Below are positions 49,622-59,803 of a DNA stretch of 64,000 nt, in pieces (position 1 is the first letter of the stretch; each line of letters begins with the position of its first letter). The DNA lies in NCBI GenBank assembly GCA_048270185.1, contig JBLWTJ010000001.1, positions 1,376,001 through 1,440,000 of the forward strand, in the 5' to 3' direction. The position numbers and the translations under genes were made by a program. The DNA is from Bacteriovoracaceae bacterium. GTDB taxonomy: Bacteria; Bdellovibrionota; Bacteriovoracia; Bacteriovoracales; Bacteriovoracaceae. Below the pieces are notes generated by a model. It ran no database searches. It saw nothing but the letters and a program-made list of their open reading frames with translations, and was not told the DNA's origin.

Positions 49622-49823
49622 CTATAAGCAAAGAGCTTTAAGTTTCTCAACATAAGAAAGCTCTTCCCAAGGGACATCGTGTGGCAAAAGTGTCCCCAAG
49701 GACAGTTTTGACTCTCAGATGCATGTGACCCAAGGAAGCTAGCCTAGCGGAGCGACGGCACGGCTTTCGGTTAAAGACACAGGGCCTTTAACTTCTCAAC
49801 GTAGCTTAGCTCTTCCCAAGGGA
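49622..49823 (-). repeat. synonymously diverged direct repeat of the last 17 metK codons flanking a 96-bp GC-rich spacer
   Basis: 49622-49672 and 49771-49821 both encode [16 protein letters not shown]; 16-bp identical core AGCTCTTCCCAAGGGA at 49659-49674 and 49808-49823. Confidence 0.92.
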
Positions 49824-50943
49824 ATAAACCTTCTTTCGTTCTACCAAAGTGACCATAAGCTGCAGTCTCTTTGTAGATTGGTCTCATAAGATCTAGTCTT
49901 TCGATGATTGAAGCAGGCTTCATATCAAAGATTTGGTTAACAGCATTGTTGATCTTAGCAACATCAACTTTCTCTGTACCAAAAGTATCAACAAGAAGAG
50001 ACATTGGCTCAGCGACACCAATTGCATAAGCAACTTGTACTAGAGCTTTATCAGCAAGACCTGCAGCAACGATGTGCTTAGCAATTTGTCTTGTAGCATA
50101 AGCAGCTGAACGATCTACTTTTGTTGGATCCTTACCAGAGAATGCTCCACCACCGTGTGCTCCGTGTCCACCGTAAGTATCAACGATAATCTTACGACCA
50201 GTTAGACCACAGTCACCCATTGGACCACCGATAACGAATTTACCAGTTGGGTTGATGAAGATTTTAGTATTATTATCAACAAGTGATGCTGGAACAACTT
50301 TATTAATAACTTCTTCTCTTACACCTTCTTGAACTTGAGCAAGAGTCATATTATCTGAGTGTTGAGTTGAAACAACGATTGCATCAATACGAGATAGTTT
50401 ACCATCAACGTACTGTGCAGAAACTTGTGTCTTACCATCAGCTCTTAGTTCACCAAGTGTTCCATTCTTTCTTACTTCAGAAAGTCTTTGAGCAAGCTTG
50501 TGTGAAAGATCAATTGTCATTGGCATGAAGTTTTCACTTTCGTTATTTGCGTAACCGAACATAAGTCCTTGGTCACCTGCACCTAATTCAGTGTATGTAC
50601 CTTCACCAACGTTTACACCTTGAGCGATATCTGGTGATTGCTTATCAAGAGCAACCATAACGCTACAAGTGTTACAATCAAAACCTTTGTCTGAGTGATC
50701 GTAACCGATTTCTCTGATTTTATTTCTTACTACTTCTTGAAAATCAATATTTGCTTTTGAAGTAATCTCACCAGCTAGAACGACTAGTCCAGTTGTGATC
50801 ATTGTTTCACAAGCAACGCGTGACTTAGGGTCTTGCTCTAGCATTGCATCTAGAACTGCGTCACTGATTTGATCGGCCATTTTATCTGGGTGCCCTTCTG
50901 TAACTGATTCAGAAGTAAATACATAATCTTTTAGCACTGCCAC
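49771..50943 (-). CDS. metK: S-adenosylmethionine synthetase
   Basis: [35 protein letters not shown]. Confidence 0.98.
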   Translation of the reverse strand: MAVLKDYVFTSESVTEGHPDKMADQISDAVLDAMLEQDPKSRVACETMITTGLVVLAGEITSKANIDFQEVVRNKIREIGYDHSDKGFDCNTCSVMVALDKQSPDIAQGVNVGEGTYTELGAGDQGLMFGYANNESENFMPMTIDLSHKLAQRLSEVRKNGTLGELRADGKTQVSAQYVDGKLSRIDAIVVSTQHSDNMTLAQVQEGVREEVINKVVPASLVDNNTKIFINPTGKFVIGGPMGDCGLTGRKIIVDTYGGHGAHGGGAFSGKDPTKVDRSAAYATRQIAKHIVAAGLADKALVQVAYAIGVAEPMSLLVDTFGTEKVDVAKINNAVNQIFDMKPASIIERLDLMRPIYKETAAYGHFGRTKEGLFPWEELSYVEKLKALCL

Positions 50944-51057
50944 ATCTCCTGTCTATAAATAATTAATACACTAATAATCTGTAGACTATACTGCTCTCGA
51001 CGCGTTTTAACAACTAGTTTAGAGCACTATTTTCAACTATTTAGACTCAATAAAAAA

Positions 51058-52761
51058 CTAGTAATCGCCCTTTATAACGAAGTATTTGAAGAAGTGTGGA
51101 TTGCGATATTGATAGAACTTTCCATCACGCGTCGCATGTACATAGACTTTATTTTTATAACGATAAACATCAAAGGCCTCACCCTGAGAGCTCTTAAATG
51201 AATAGAGAAAGTTTAAATTTTTTCTCTTTAATAAAGTCTTTAATTTTGAAGAGTTATGTATAAGAGGACCTGGCCTTTCAGGTATACTCTCATATTCATC
51301 CCAAAGACTCGACATATCCATACGTCCAAGCATTGATGCACGCGAGAAGTAACGAGTCGCTTTAAAGTCCTTATCAGGCTCACTAAGTTCTTCAAGAATC
51401 ATTTTTAAGTTCTTGGCCCTTAACTTCCTTGCCGAACGAGATTGATCAGGACAAAAGATCCCTTTTGAAGCCGGAATAAAGAAATATGTAAAAGAGAATT
51501 GTCCTCGTTTAAAAAGAACATTTAGCCATGGATACTGCTTTGTCTCTTTAATACCATTCTCCACTAATGATTTGTAGAATGGTTCATCCTCTTCAATCGT
51601 ATTATAGCTTGGATTGTCCACGCGATTAATTACAACTTTTGCAACGTCTCGTCTTTCGCTTCCGTAGCTATCATCAAGGCGTCCAACTTCATGAATGAGA
51701 ATTGTTTCAAGAGCGAAGAGCTTTCGGTAAATTTCTTTTTGTTTTTTCCAAAACTTATAGACGAGAGCTTCCTTATCATACACATAGTGACTTAGAGCAT
51801 AGCGGGCCTGATTCTTATCTTGGAAGATTTTCTTTAAAATCTCATTCTTAGATTCACTCTTTTTTAGTAGGTCGACATAGTAATCTTCACGCTCAATAAT
51901 CTTCTTTTCCCAATATTTTACACGATTAAGCATCTTCTTATGTCCAGTACGAAGAGTGCTATCAAGTCTCGATATGAGATCAGAAATATCATAGCGTAGA
52001 TCATCAGTTAGAAAAGCTTCATCAAAGCCAATAATTCGCAGATAGACTGAGTCGATAAGAGATCGAAGACTTAAGTCAGAGCGCCCCCTCTTTGCATCAA
52101 CACTACCATCTTCAATTATCTTTCTTAATAGATATGCTGAATTCGACTTTTGCTTCCCCTCTTTTGTCTCAAGGTCTTTATACTTGTCATACTCACTTCT
52201 TAAATGAAGATGATCTACTGGAAACTTAAACGAATGGAAGAAGTAAAGACTTCCAAGATATGCTTCAAAGTCTTTAAGAAACTTCTTAATTTCAACTTTG
52301 GAAGCTCGAGACATTCTAGACTTCTCATCGAGATCTTTAGCATAACGATATTTATAATTATGGCGCATGGCCTTTTCAAATTGAGTTTGAATTTCTCTAT
52401 TTCTTGATAAGACGTTACGAAAAGATCGCATTTTAAGAAGACGCTTTTTAACATCGGCAATCCACTCTCTCTTTTTCTTCATCAGAGGAAGGTATTCCTT
52501 AATTGTCCCTTCATCTAATTCACCATCAAGAGTAAAAGGAATAAAAATACCGTTACCAAGAAAACTCTTATAGAGCTTTTCCGTTTCTTTATATACCTTC
52601 ATCGAACAAGTAGCCTTGTACTGCTTGCGATGAAGATCTAAGTAACCTTTTATTAATTCATCATTACTTAAGGCTTGAACCTTGGATGCTGAAATTAAAA
52701 CAGTTAGGAGTAAAGTGAGGCGTTTAAAGCTTCTTAACAAATTCACTACTCCACAGTCCAA
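51058..52761 (-). CDS. secreted protein with C-terminal SleB/CwlJ (Hydrolase_2)-like cell-wall hydrolase domain
   Basis: signal peptide; LETILIHEVG...VAKVVINRV...VLFKRGQFS...ATRYF pattern; real start may be TTG 52740. Confidence 0.65.
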   Translation of the reverse strand: MDCGVVNLLRSFKRLTLLLTVLISASKVQALSNDELIKGYLDLHRKQYKATCSMKVYKETEKLYKSFLGNGIFIPFTLDGELDEGTIKEYLPLMKKKREWIADVKKRLLKMRSFRNVLSRNREIQTQFEKAMRHNYKYRYAKDLDEKSRMSRASKVEIKKFLKDFEAYLGSLYFFHSFKFPVDHLHLRSEYDKYKDLETKEGKQKSNSAYLLRKIIEDGSVDAKRGRSDLSLRSLIDSVYLRIIGFDEAFLTDDLRYDISDLISRLDSTLRTGHKKMLNRVKYWEKKIIEREDYYVDLLKKSESKNEILKKIFQDKNQARYALSHYVYDKEALVYKFWKKQKEIYRKLFALETILIHEVGRLDDSYGSERRDVAKVVINRVDNPSYNTIEEDEPFYKSLVENGIKETKQYPWLNVLFKRGQFSFTYFFIPASKGIFCPDQSRSARKLRAKNLKMILEELSEPDKDFKATRYFSRASMLGRMDMSSLWDEYESIPERPGPLIHNSSKLKTLLKRKNLNFLYSFKSSQGEAFDVYRYKNKVYVHATRDGKFYQYRNPHFFKYFVIKGDY

Positions 52762-54148
52762 GACATGTACTATTGCTCATAACAAGTTGAACACTATCAC
52801 TATTTGCATTGGCCTTAATAATTGTAATTAGTTTTTCTAGATCAGTTACAATATCTGTTTGAATTCCAGAAGACTCAAGATCACGCTTCATTCGATCGAC
52901 ATCAAGATCACCTTGTCCCTTCGCTGTTGTTGGCCTTGAAGGTTTAACAATTGTTGCCGAAGCAACGCCTTTAAGAGAATCAACAAAGCGCTCTTGAAAG
53001 AGGTCGCTTCGCGCAGTTGCCGATCCTGGTTCAAGGTAACCATGAATTTTCTTGCCAGGATACTTCAGTGAAATAGCATTAACTGTTTCGAGAACAGCAG
53101 TTGGGTGATGGGCAAAGTCATCAATAATTGGTGACTCATTAAAGTGCCCCTTTACTTCCTGACGACGTTGAACCATTTTTAAATCAAGAATACCTGCTTG
53201 AATTTCTTCTTGGGTCTTACCTGCTTTTAAAGCAATGATAACAACAGAAGTGAGATTGAGAATATTATGCATTCCCATTAGATTCGTTTTAAAAATATAC
53301 TCACCTGATGAGCACTTCATTGTAAAAGAAGTCACACCACCTTCGACATTAATAATCTTAACATTCTCACGACTATATTCATTCCAAGGTTTATCGGCAG
53401 TTTTAAGATCTTTAATTGATGGCCATTCAGAACAACCAATAACTTCATCAACTGCAGGTAAAATGGCCTTGAATTCATCCTTAATATCTTCAATCGACTC
53501 AAAAATATCGGCATGGTCAAACTCAAGAGAAGTAATAATCAATTTATCAATATAGTATGATCTAAACTTTGAAAATTTTTCGAAATAGGCTGAATCATAT
53601 TCATCAGATTCAATGAAGAAGTAATCACCCTCACCTATTCTAGCCGGTGGACGATCATCCATAACACCACCGATTAAGTATCCAGGCTTCATTCCTAACT
53701 TTTCAAATAGTTGAACTCCAAAGTATGTTGTCGTTGTCTTCCCATGAGTCCCTGAAACACCTACAACAGTCTTATCTTTTAAAACAAGTGCACCTATGGC
53801 CGCAGGGAATGAGCAAAAAGGAATCCCTAGCTCTTCAATAAAGCTAGCATCATCTGATACGCGAGCAACAACATTTCCCACAACAATAAGGTCATAGTCT
53901 TTTATTATTGTGTTCACATCATCTTGCTCAAATTTAAAGATATCAATACCCGAGTTTTCCAGATAGGTACTCATCGGAGGATAGAACATACGATCTGCGC
54001 CGGCCACTTCAAAACCTGCTTCTTTTAAAAGACAAGCAGCGGCTCCCATCCCTGTACCGCAGATACGATAGAAGAATACCTTTTTAATATTGTTTGAATG
54101 AGCAAGCTCAGATAGAGCTTGGATATCTTTATAATTTTCTAAATTCAT
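52724..54148 (-). CDS. mpl: murein peptide ligase (Mpl; MurC family)
   Basis: ICGTGMG, GTHGKTTT, ESDEYDSAYF, EFDHADIF, DDFAHHPTA. Confidence 0.85.
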   Translation of the reverse strand: MNLENYKDIQALSELAHSNNIKKVFFYRICGTGMGAAACLLKEAGFEVAGADRMFYPPMSTYLENSGIDIFKFEQDDVNTIIKDYDLIVVGNVVARVSDDASFIEELGIPFCSFPAAIGALVLKDKTVVGVSGTHGKTTTTYFGVQLFEKLGMKPGYLIGGVMDDRPPARIGEGDYFFIESDEYDSAYFEKFSKFRSYYIDKLIITSLEFDHADIFESIEDIKDEFKAILPAVDEVIGCSEWPSIKDLKTADKPWNEYSRENVKIINVEGGVTSFTMKCSSGEYIFKTNLMGMHNILNLTSVVIIALKAGKTQEEIQAGILDLKMVQRRQEVKGHFNESPIIDDFAHHPTAVLETVNAISLKYPGKKIHGYLEPGSATARSDLFQERFVDSLKGVASATIVKPSRPTTAKGQGDLDVDRMKRDLESSGIQTDIVTDLEKLITIIKANANSDSVQLVMSNSTCLGLWSSEFVKKL

Positions 54149-54220
54149 ATATTACCCTTTATCCCATAATTTTAACTAATTTTAGGACAAAGGGTAAGGG
54201 TAAAATACTGTCTTACTTCA

Positions 54221-57200
54221 TTACTTCTGTGATAAGAACATTTTCATAACGTCCTTACACGTACGAGTCGCCTGGACATGAGTAATACCTTTAGGGTTAA
54301 TCGAATCCCACCACTCTTTTGTTGATTTCATTCTTAATTTAGGATCACTATTAACAACATTCTTTGTTTTTTCAACTTCTCTAATCGGTCGGTTAATTTT
54401 AACTTCGACACGTGCAAAATGTGCATTGAAGTCACCATTATGTTCAATATCTATAATTTCATCCGGGAAGATAATCATTGGGATCATCTCTTCAAGTTCT
54501 CCATAATCAGAAACCATATTAAGAACACTTCGTTCAGGTGAAAGCTTAATTGCCGCCATTTTTGCTCCTCCAGATTCACTCGCAAAGTTCTTTGCCACTG
54601 AATAAACAGAAGAAGATAAGTATGGTGAACCTAGTGGTTCATGACTATGGGCCTTAAAGACAGCAGTTAAAGATTGAATATTCGTATTAATCTCAGAAGC
54701 AGCTTTTGGACCTAATTTCTTATCAAAGTAAGTCTTTAAAGATCGAAGTCTTCTTGTATAGCTTCCTTGATTTTTCGTTAGAAGCTTTGACATCAGAAAA
54801 TATCCGCCATCGTCACTTTCTCTAATTAAATCCCCACCGATTCCTCTAAATGAAACCTTAAAATCATTTCCAGGAGGAGTCTCCATTGCCTTTAACCATC
54901 TTGTCCAAGCAGCAATTTCTGTTGGCTCCATGTTTTCCCAAGGCATATAGGCTTCAATAAGTTCAACTACTTTTTTACGATTACCTTTGGCAATATAATC
55001 ATCAAGTTTTAAGTTTTGTGCTTCAAGTGCCTTATGAAGCTCTTTCCAATTTTGAGAGACACTCTTTCTAACTTTATTTTCTGCTCTAACCTTTGTTTTA
55101 AAGTTCTTGGCAATTTTATTCGCGTGCTCTTTTCTCGTCATGGCATATTCTCTCATGCGATTATTAGCTTGCGCATATTGAGAATCATTAAACTTGTAAC
55201 CCATGAAGTTTGATAATTCATCCATAGCATCAACTTCAGCTCGAGCAAGAAGTTCTCTTGATCTCATTGATCCATATTCAGCATTAAGAGCCGCTTCGGC
55301 CCAAAGCATTGGATGTTTAAAATAATTTGAATAATCGACAATTTGATTAACGTGGATCATCTCTTCTAAGATTACCATTGGATTCTTCCAACCTTCATCT
55401 GAGAATTTCACTTTTACAATTAAACCTTTCTCATCAGAGAACTCAGGAACAATTTCAGCAAGTCTTCCATCTGAAAGATTCGCACCATGTTCAACCTCAA
55501 CTGCACCGATGAATAACTCCGATTGACCACGGCTTCTTAGGCGTGAATTATATTGTTCAATTTTTTCTTTAAAAATATCTCTTGCGTCCGCATCATAAGC
55601 GGCCTTAAATTTTTCAATTGTATCAAAATCACTTAAGAGATTCTTTGTTGTCGCATCAGGCTTAAAGAATGCAAGGTGACAGAATTTATCATCCGGACAA
55701 ACTTCAGTATTATTAACTGTTGGAAGGAAATTAAATTTTAGATTTCCATTATACGTAACCTGGGCATCGAGACCTGCCTGTTTAAAGGCCGACTGAGAGT
55801 AAACACTAACGAGATAGTCGCTGTCTAAACCAACATACTTTGGAATAGTAACAAAGTCCTGAGTCGGAGGTCCTCGAACAAAGTTTATCTCACAAAACTT
55901 TGAAATATTTGAAATATTTGCATCAAGATTAGCAACGACTTCTTTATATGTATCAACAAGTGCATCAGTATCTGCATGGACATTGATAATAATTTTATCT
56001 GTTTTCGGATGCCAGTCACCTTCAACGAGATTACGACTAATTGAAATTTTTGGCATATGCCCAAGCTCTTCTAAACTTCTCAAGACATAACTAGTTGTTT
56101 CAGACGCTTCCGTTAATCTCTTTGTAAAATAGTTGTCACTGAAATTATCGACTGAATCAACTACGGCCTTAACATCACTTGCCGTTACAGACGCTTGGTC
56201 TTTTAACTTTGAAAAGACAAAGTACTTAAGAGTATTACCACGAGTTCCTAGGACTTCATCAATTATACTTCTAAGCTTCCCTATTTTATTATCATTAATA
56301 TCCACTCCGTCAGGGATTCCCACACTATCACGATCGAGCATGGCATAGAGAAGCTTGTTAAGAGAATTACGTCTCTTCGAACCTGTTGCCGAAGCAAGAG
56401 TTTCACCTTCAGAGTTTAGAACATCTGAAATAAGAAGATAGGCTTTAAGGTCATCGTCGTTACCATTAAGAATTTTTCTAAGGTGACTTACTTCAACTTC
56501 AACGAAGTCAGAGTGTTGTTTACTATCTTCTAGCCATTGTTGAGTTTCGATAAATGGTGAGTAAACGTGGTCAACAACACCACCTTCTTTGGCACCATCA
56601 ATTTGCATTGTCGTGCCTTTGAGTTTCTTACTCTCTCCATCAAGTCTTGTATGTGAAGGAATTACGAGATCCCCTACACTATAACCTTTATCAGGGAAAG
56701 CCCCCGCAGTTCCAATATAAGTGATCTTATTATTTCCAGTACTTTTTAGAGCACGCGCAAGAGGTGCGATCTCATCTCCCCAACTATTGGCAACGACACG
56801 CCAAACGACTTCTTCACCTTTCTCGTTTTTAAAAACAAGATCAGACATAGAGATAACGTAATTATCGTATTCAAATTTTTTGAAATCGTGAGGGTTTATT
56901 CCCTTTGATTCGATTTTCTTTTGCAATTTTTTAAATGCATCTTCAACGCCTTTTTTATTTTTGAAGATATCGTATTTCTTGATATCACCATCGGCCATTA
57001 GCTGCTTAAATGAATCTTTTAGCTTCTCTGGAATTTCTGCCAGCACACTGTCTGGTTCGTCATCATATAGATTTTTAAGAGCACGAATTTTCCATAATGT
57101 CTCAAAAGTTCGCTCAATAGCTCCCTTTTGACCAATGATTACTCGATCAGTTTGAGGAAGGTGCTTGAAGACACCTGCAAGCTCATCTTCCATTGCTTTT

Positions 57201-58081
57201 TGGGCCTTATCAATATCCCCAAAGATTCTTACTTTATTTTCAAGAACATTCTCACCCTTTGATAATCCAAATTGTAAAATCAGGTGATTTAGACGATCCT
57301 TTCCACCAATACCTGTAATGGCATAGCGATAAGTATCTTCTCCAGGATATTGAACCGCATAGATTTTATTATAATTATTTGCAAACGGACGAATTTCATT
57401 AATAATTGTCGCACCATTGTCTTGAAGGTTCTTTAAAAACTCACGAGAGTTTTCTAAGTGAAATTCAACATCACGTTTACTTTCGGCCGCTTCCCAGAAA
57501 ACAGCACGAGTCGTACGGTTAGAAATATAGTGATCAGCATCAAGAGTTAGCTGTGAAGACTTAACTCCTGAGTCAGGCATAACATATTCAAAGCTAGGTG
57601 CCTTTGAAGTAACGGCTGAAGCATCACCTGGTTTAATATTTGTATCAAAAAGAGTAAATCCTTCATTAAGTTTATTCTTAAAAAAATTGTATCCCCACTC
57701 ATAACTTGCTTTTGTTCCACTAGGTTTCTTACCTAGTTTATCTTTAATGATATCGTAAACAATCGCATCATAATTCTTAGCATCTTTAATACGTGAATCA
57801 TTCGCAAAATTAGCAATGATATACTCGACTTTAACTGCCTTAAGAGCCTCAAGAGATTCTTTATCAATCTTCTTACCGAAGTTATTAATATACTCGCCGA
57901 CATAATAATCAAACTTATCAACGGCCAATAAAGTCTCTAGTCTCTCCATGTCTGGAGTTGACGAAGGCCCGCGAGTATTAAAATATGAATACTCACTTCG
58001 TGTTTGAGGAGCATCGTACTTTGTCACCACAAAGACAGTTAAAAATAAAATCGAAAATAAACTTAAAACGTTTCTTTTCAT
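54221..58081 (-). CDS. large exported multidomain protein: nucleoside phosphorylase-like domain plus C-terminal ADP-ribosyltransferase-like domain
   Basis: N-terminal signal/anchor; YIGTAGA...VGDLVIP...VEVE...ISD; FRG...H...SPYLSSS...ELE. Confidence 0.7.
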   Translation of the reverse strand: MKRNVLSLFSILFLTVFVVTKYDAPQTRSEYSYFNTRGPSSTPDMERLETLLAVDKFDYYVGEYINNFGKKIDKESLEALKAVKVEYIIANFANDSRIKDAKNYDAIVYDIIKDKLGKKPSGTKASYEWGYNFFKNKLNEGFTLFDTNIKPGDASAVTSKAPSFEYVMPDSGVKSSQLTLDADHYISNRTTRAVFWEAAESKRDVEFHLENSREFLKNLQDNGATIINEIRPFANNYNKIYAVQYPGEDTYRYAITGIGGKDRLNHLILQFGLSKGENVLENKVRIFGDIDKAQKAMEDELAGVFKHLPQTDRVIIGQKGAIERTFETLWKIRALKNLYDDEPDSVLAEIPEKLKDSFKQLMADGDIKKYDIFKNKKGVEDAFKKLQKKIESKGINPHDFKKFEYDNYVISMSDLVFKNEKGEEVVWRVVANSWGDEIAPLARALKSTGNNKITYIGTAGAFPDKGYSVGDLVIPSHTRLDGESKKLKGTTMQIDGAKEGGVVDHVYSPFIETQQWLEDSKQHSDFVEVEVSHLRKILNGNDDDLKAYLLISDVLNSEGETLASATGSKRRNSLNKLLYAMLDRDSVGIPDGVDINDNKIGKLRSIIDEVLGTRGNTLKYFVFSKLKDQASVTASDVKAVVDSVDNFSDNYFTKRLTEASETTSYVLRSLEELGHMPKISISRNLVEGDWHPKTDKIIINVHADTDALVDTYKEVVANLDANISNISKFCEINFVRGPPTQDFVTIPKYVGLDSDYLVSVYSQSAFKQAGLDAQVTYNGNLKFNFLPTVNNTEVCPDDKFCHLAFFKPDATTKNLLSDFDTIEKFKAAYDADARDIFKEKIEQYNSRLRSRGQSELFIGAVEVEHGANLSDGRLAEIVPEFSDEKGLIVKVKFSDEGWKNPMVILEEMIHVNQIVDYSNYFKHPMLWAEAALNAEYGSMRSRELLARAEVDAMDELSNFMGYKFNDSQYAQANNRMREYAMTRKEHANKIAKNFKTKVRAENKVRKSVSQNWKELHKALEAQNLKLDDYIAKGNRKKVVELIEAYMPWENMEPTEIAAWTRWLKAMETPPGNDFKVSFRGIGGDLIRESDDGGYFLMSKLLTKNQGSYTRRLRSLKTYFDKKLGPKAASEINTNIQSLTAVFKAHSHEPLGSPYLSSSVYSVAKNFASESGGAKMAAIKLSPERSVLNMVSDYGELEEMIPMIIFPDEIIDIEHNGDFNAHFARVEVKINRPIREVEKTKNVVNSDPKLRMKSTKEWWDSINPKGITHVQATRTCKDVMKMFLSQK

Positions 58082-58091
58082 TAAATAACCT

Positions 58092-59777
58092 CTAGTTTAA
58101 AAAACTCTTGATTGCATATAAACAATTATTTAATTTAGGCATTTCTGCGATAACTTTTGCATTCTTTGTAGGATCAGAAGAAAGCTTATTCTTAATTCCA
58201 CTAAAGAAATTACTTACCTTCTTAACGAACCCTCCACCTTCACTTGTCGCAACTGGTGCAGCTTTAAGCTTTGGTACTAAGTAAGCTTTTTCATAATCAT
58301 TGAACTCTTTTGAGCGGGCCAGAATATCTGAAGCTATATCTGCTCCATCTTCGCCGTAAATTCTCTTCATCTCAGTTTTAAGACCGTTATGAAGTCTCTC
58401 TTTAATCTGCTCTCTCGACTCTTTTTCCATATAGTCTTCATCAAAAAAGCCAACCATCTCATCAGGAAAAGTAATTAGTGGAGCAAGATATTCCATCTCA
58501 CCTTTAAAGCCAGACATTTGATTAAACATAAGAAGTTCTGGATCCATTAAGAATGCCCCCATTGCCCCCTTTGCCGTACTAACTGTTTTGTCATCAGCAA
58601 TGCTAAAACCAAAACGATATCCAGTATCGAAGTCTGAAGTAAATGAAAGGAATGGACTCCCCTGTGCTTCAATAGAATGCTGTTTTAGCATCGTAGTAAG
58701 CCTTGCTGTCTCAACAAAGTCCGACTTAATATTTCTTGGGTTTGAAGCAATCTTCTTACCATACATAGTTTGTAGTGACCTTAGACGACGGTTATAAGTC
58801 CCTTGGTTACGAGTAAGAATGGTAGACATTGTACCAAGGTTTGCTTGTTTAACTGCGTCTTCGTACTCAAGTTGAGAACCATTGATCATTTGAGGAAATA
58901 AACGATCACCGTATGTTCCACGATAAACGAGAACCTTATCCTTAGCTTCAATTGGATTTCTCATGCGATTTAAAATATGTGTCCAATAAGAGTTTTCAAT
59001 TGGAGTCATTTGCTCCCATGGAAGGTATCTCTCAAAGAGATTGGCAACTCCGTTTCGGTCATTATTTTGAATTAAGGCCTTTAGCTGTAATTCATCATTA
59101 AGCTTATCAAGGGTATCCATAATGGCCTTACGGGCCGTCTCTTTAACTTTCATTTCTTTCTTTATTGGCTTAAATTCTTTTTCTAATTGTTCAATATTGG
59201 CTTCAACCATTTCTGTCGCAGAAGTAAGGCTTACGTCACTTTCAACGGCCTTAAGCTTTAGTTTTTCAAGCGCAATCTTGGCACGGTAATCACCTTTTTT
59301 AGCATTAAACATAACTTCAAAGAATGAATATGCATTAACAATATTTTGAGTGTTATTTACTTGCTTAAAGAATTGATCAAGAAGGCGCTTTGATGCACTT
59401 GTGACATTCTCTTCATTACTTGAGCGAATAACCTTAATGATATGAATTCCTGCTTCATCAACTTCTGTCGCAAGACCAATGGCCTGCCCTTCAGGTAACT
59501 CTGCTTCTTCAAGGACAACTTTAATGGCCCTTGTCTCACTTGAGTCATAGAGACGTTGTTGATATTCAAAATTATACTTAGCTACTAATTCTTCAAGGCC
59601 AGTATCATCTGTTACTCCCTCAACCTGTGAAAGAGATTCAATAAAGAAAGATCCAATAGGTCCTGATTCGACTTGTTCAATACTTGAGATATGCCTATCT
59701 TTGACTTCATACTGACATGAAGTCGCAAGTAAACTAATTAAAAAGAATAAACCTAAGCGTTTAACGAAATCGTTCAT
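58092..59777 (-). CDS. lipoprotein with ADP-ribosyltransferase-like domain, paralogous to the C-terminus of the downstream gene
   Basis: GGAG RBS before ATG 59777; lipobox ATSC; VYRG...H...SPFLSFTSD...EME. Confidence 0.7.
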   Translation of the reverse strand: MNDFVKRLGLFFLISLLATSCQYEVKDRHISSIEQVESGPIGSFFIESLSQVEGVTDDTGLEELVAKYNFEYQQRLYDSSETRAIKVVLEEAELPEGQAIGLATEVDEAGIHIIKVIRSSNEENVTSASKRLLDQFFKQVNNTQNIVNAYSFFEVMFNAKKGDYRAKIALEKLKLKAVESDVSLTSATEMVEANIEQLEKEFKPIKKEMKVKETARKAIMDTLDKLNDELQLKALIQNNDRNGVANLFERYLPWEQMTPIENSYWTHILNRMRNPIEAKDKVLVYRGTYGDRLFPQMINGSQLEYEDAVKQANLGTMSTILTRNQGTYNRRLRSLQTMYGKKIASNPRNIKSDFVETARLTTMLKQHSIEAQGSPFLSFTSDFDTGYRFGFSIADDKTVSTAKGAMGAFLMDPELLMFNQMSGFKGEMEYLAPLITFPDEMVGFFDEDYMEKESREQIKERLHNGLKTEMKRIYGEDGADIASDILARSKEFNDYEKAYLVPKLKAAPVATSEGGGFVKKVSNFFSGIKNKLSSDPTKNAKVIAEMPKLNNCLYAIKSFLN

Positions 59778-59803
59778 TATAACTCCGACAAAATACTTGA
59801 TCT

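Noticed and set aside
49622..49823. Diversity-generating retroelement TR/VR pair at the metK end
   Set aside because: Differences are synonymous and not adenine-specific, and there is no reverse transcriptase in the window
50944..51057. SAM riboswitch upstream of metK
   Set aside because: Short AT-rich intergenic region with no recognisable SAM-I/II core sequences
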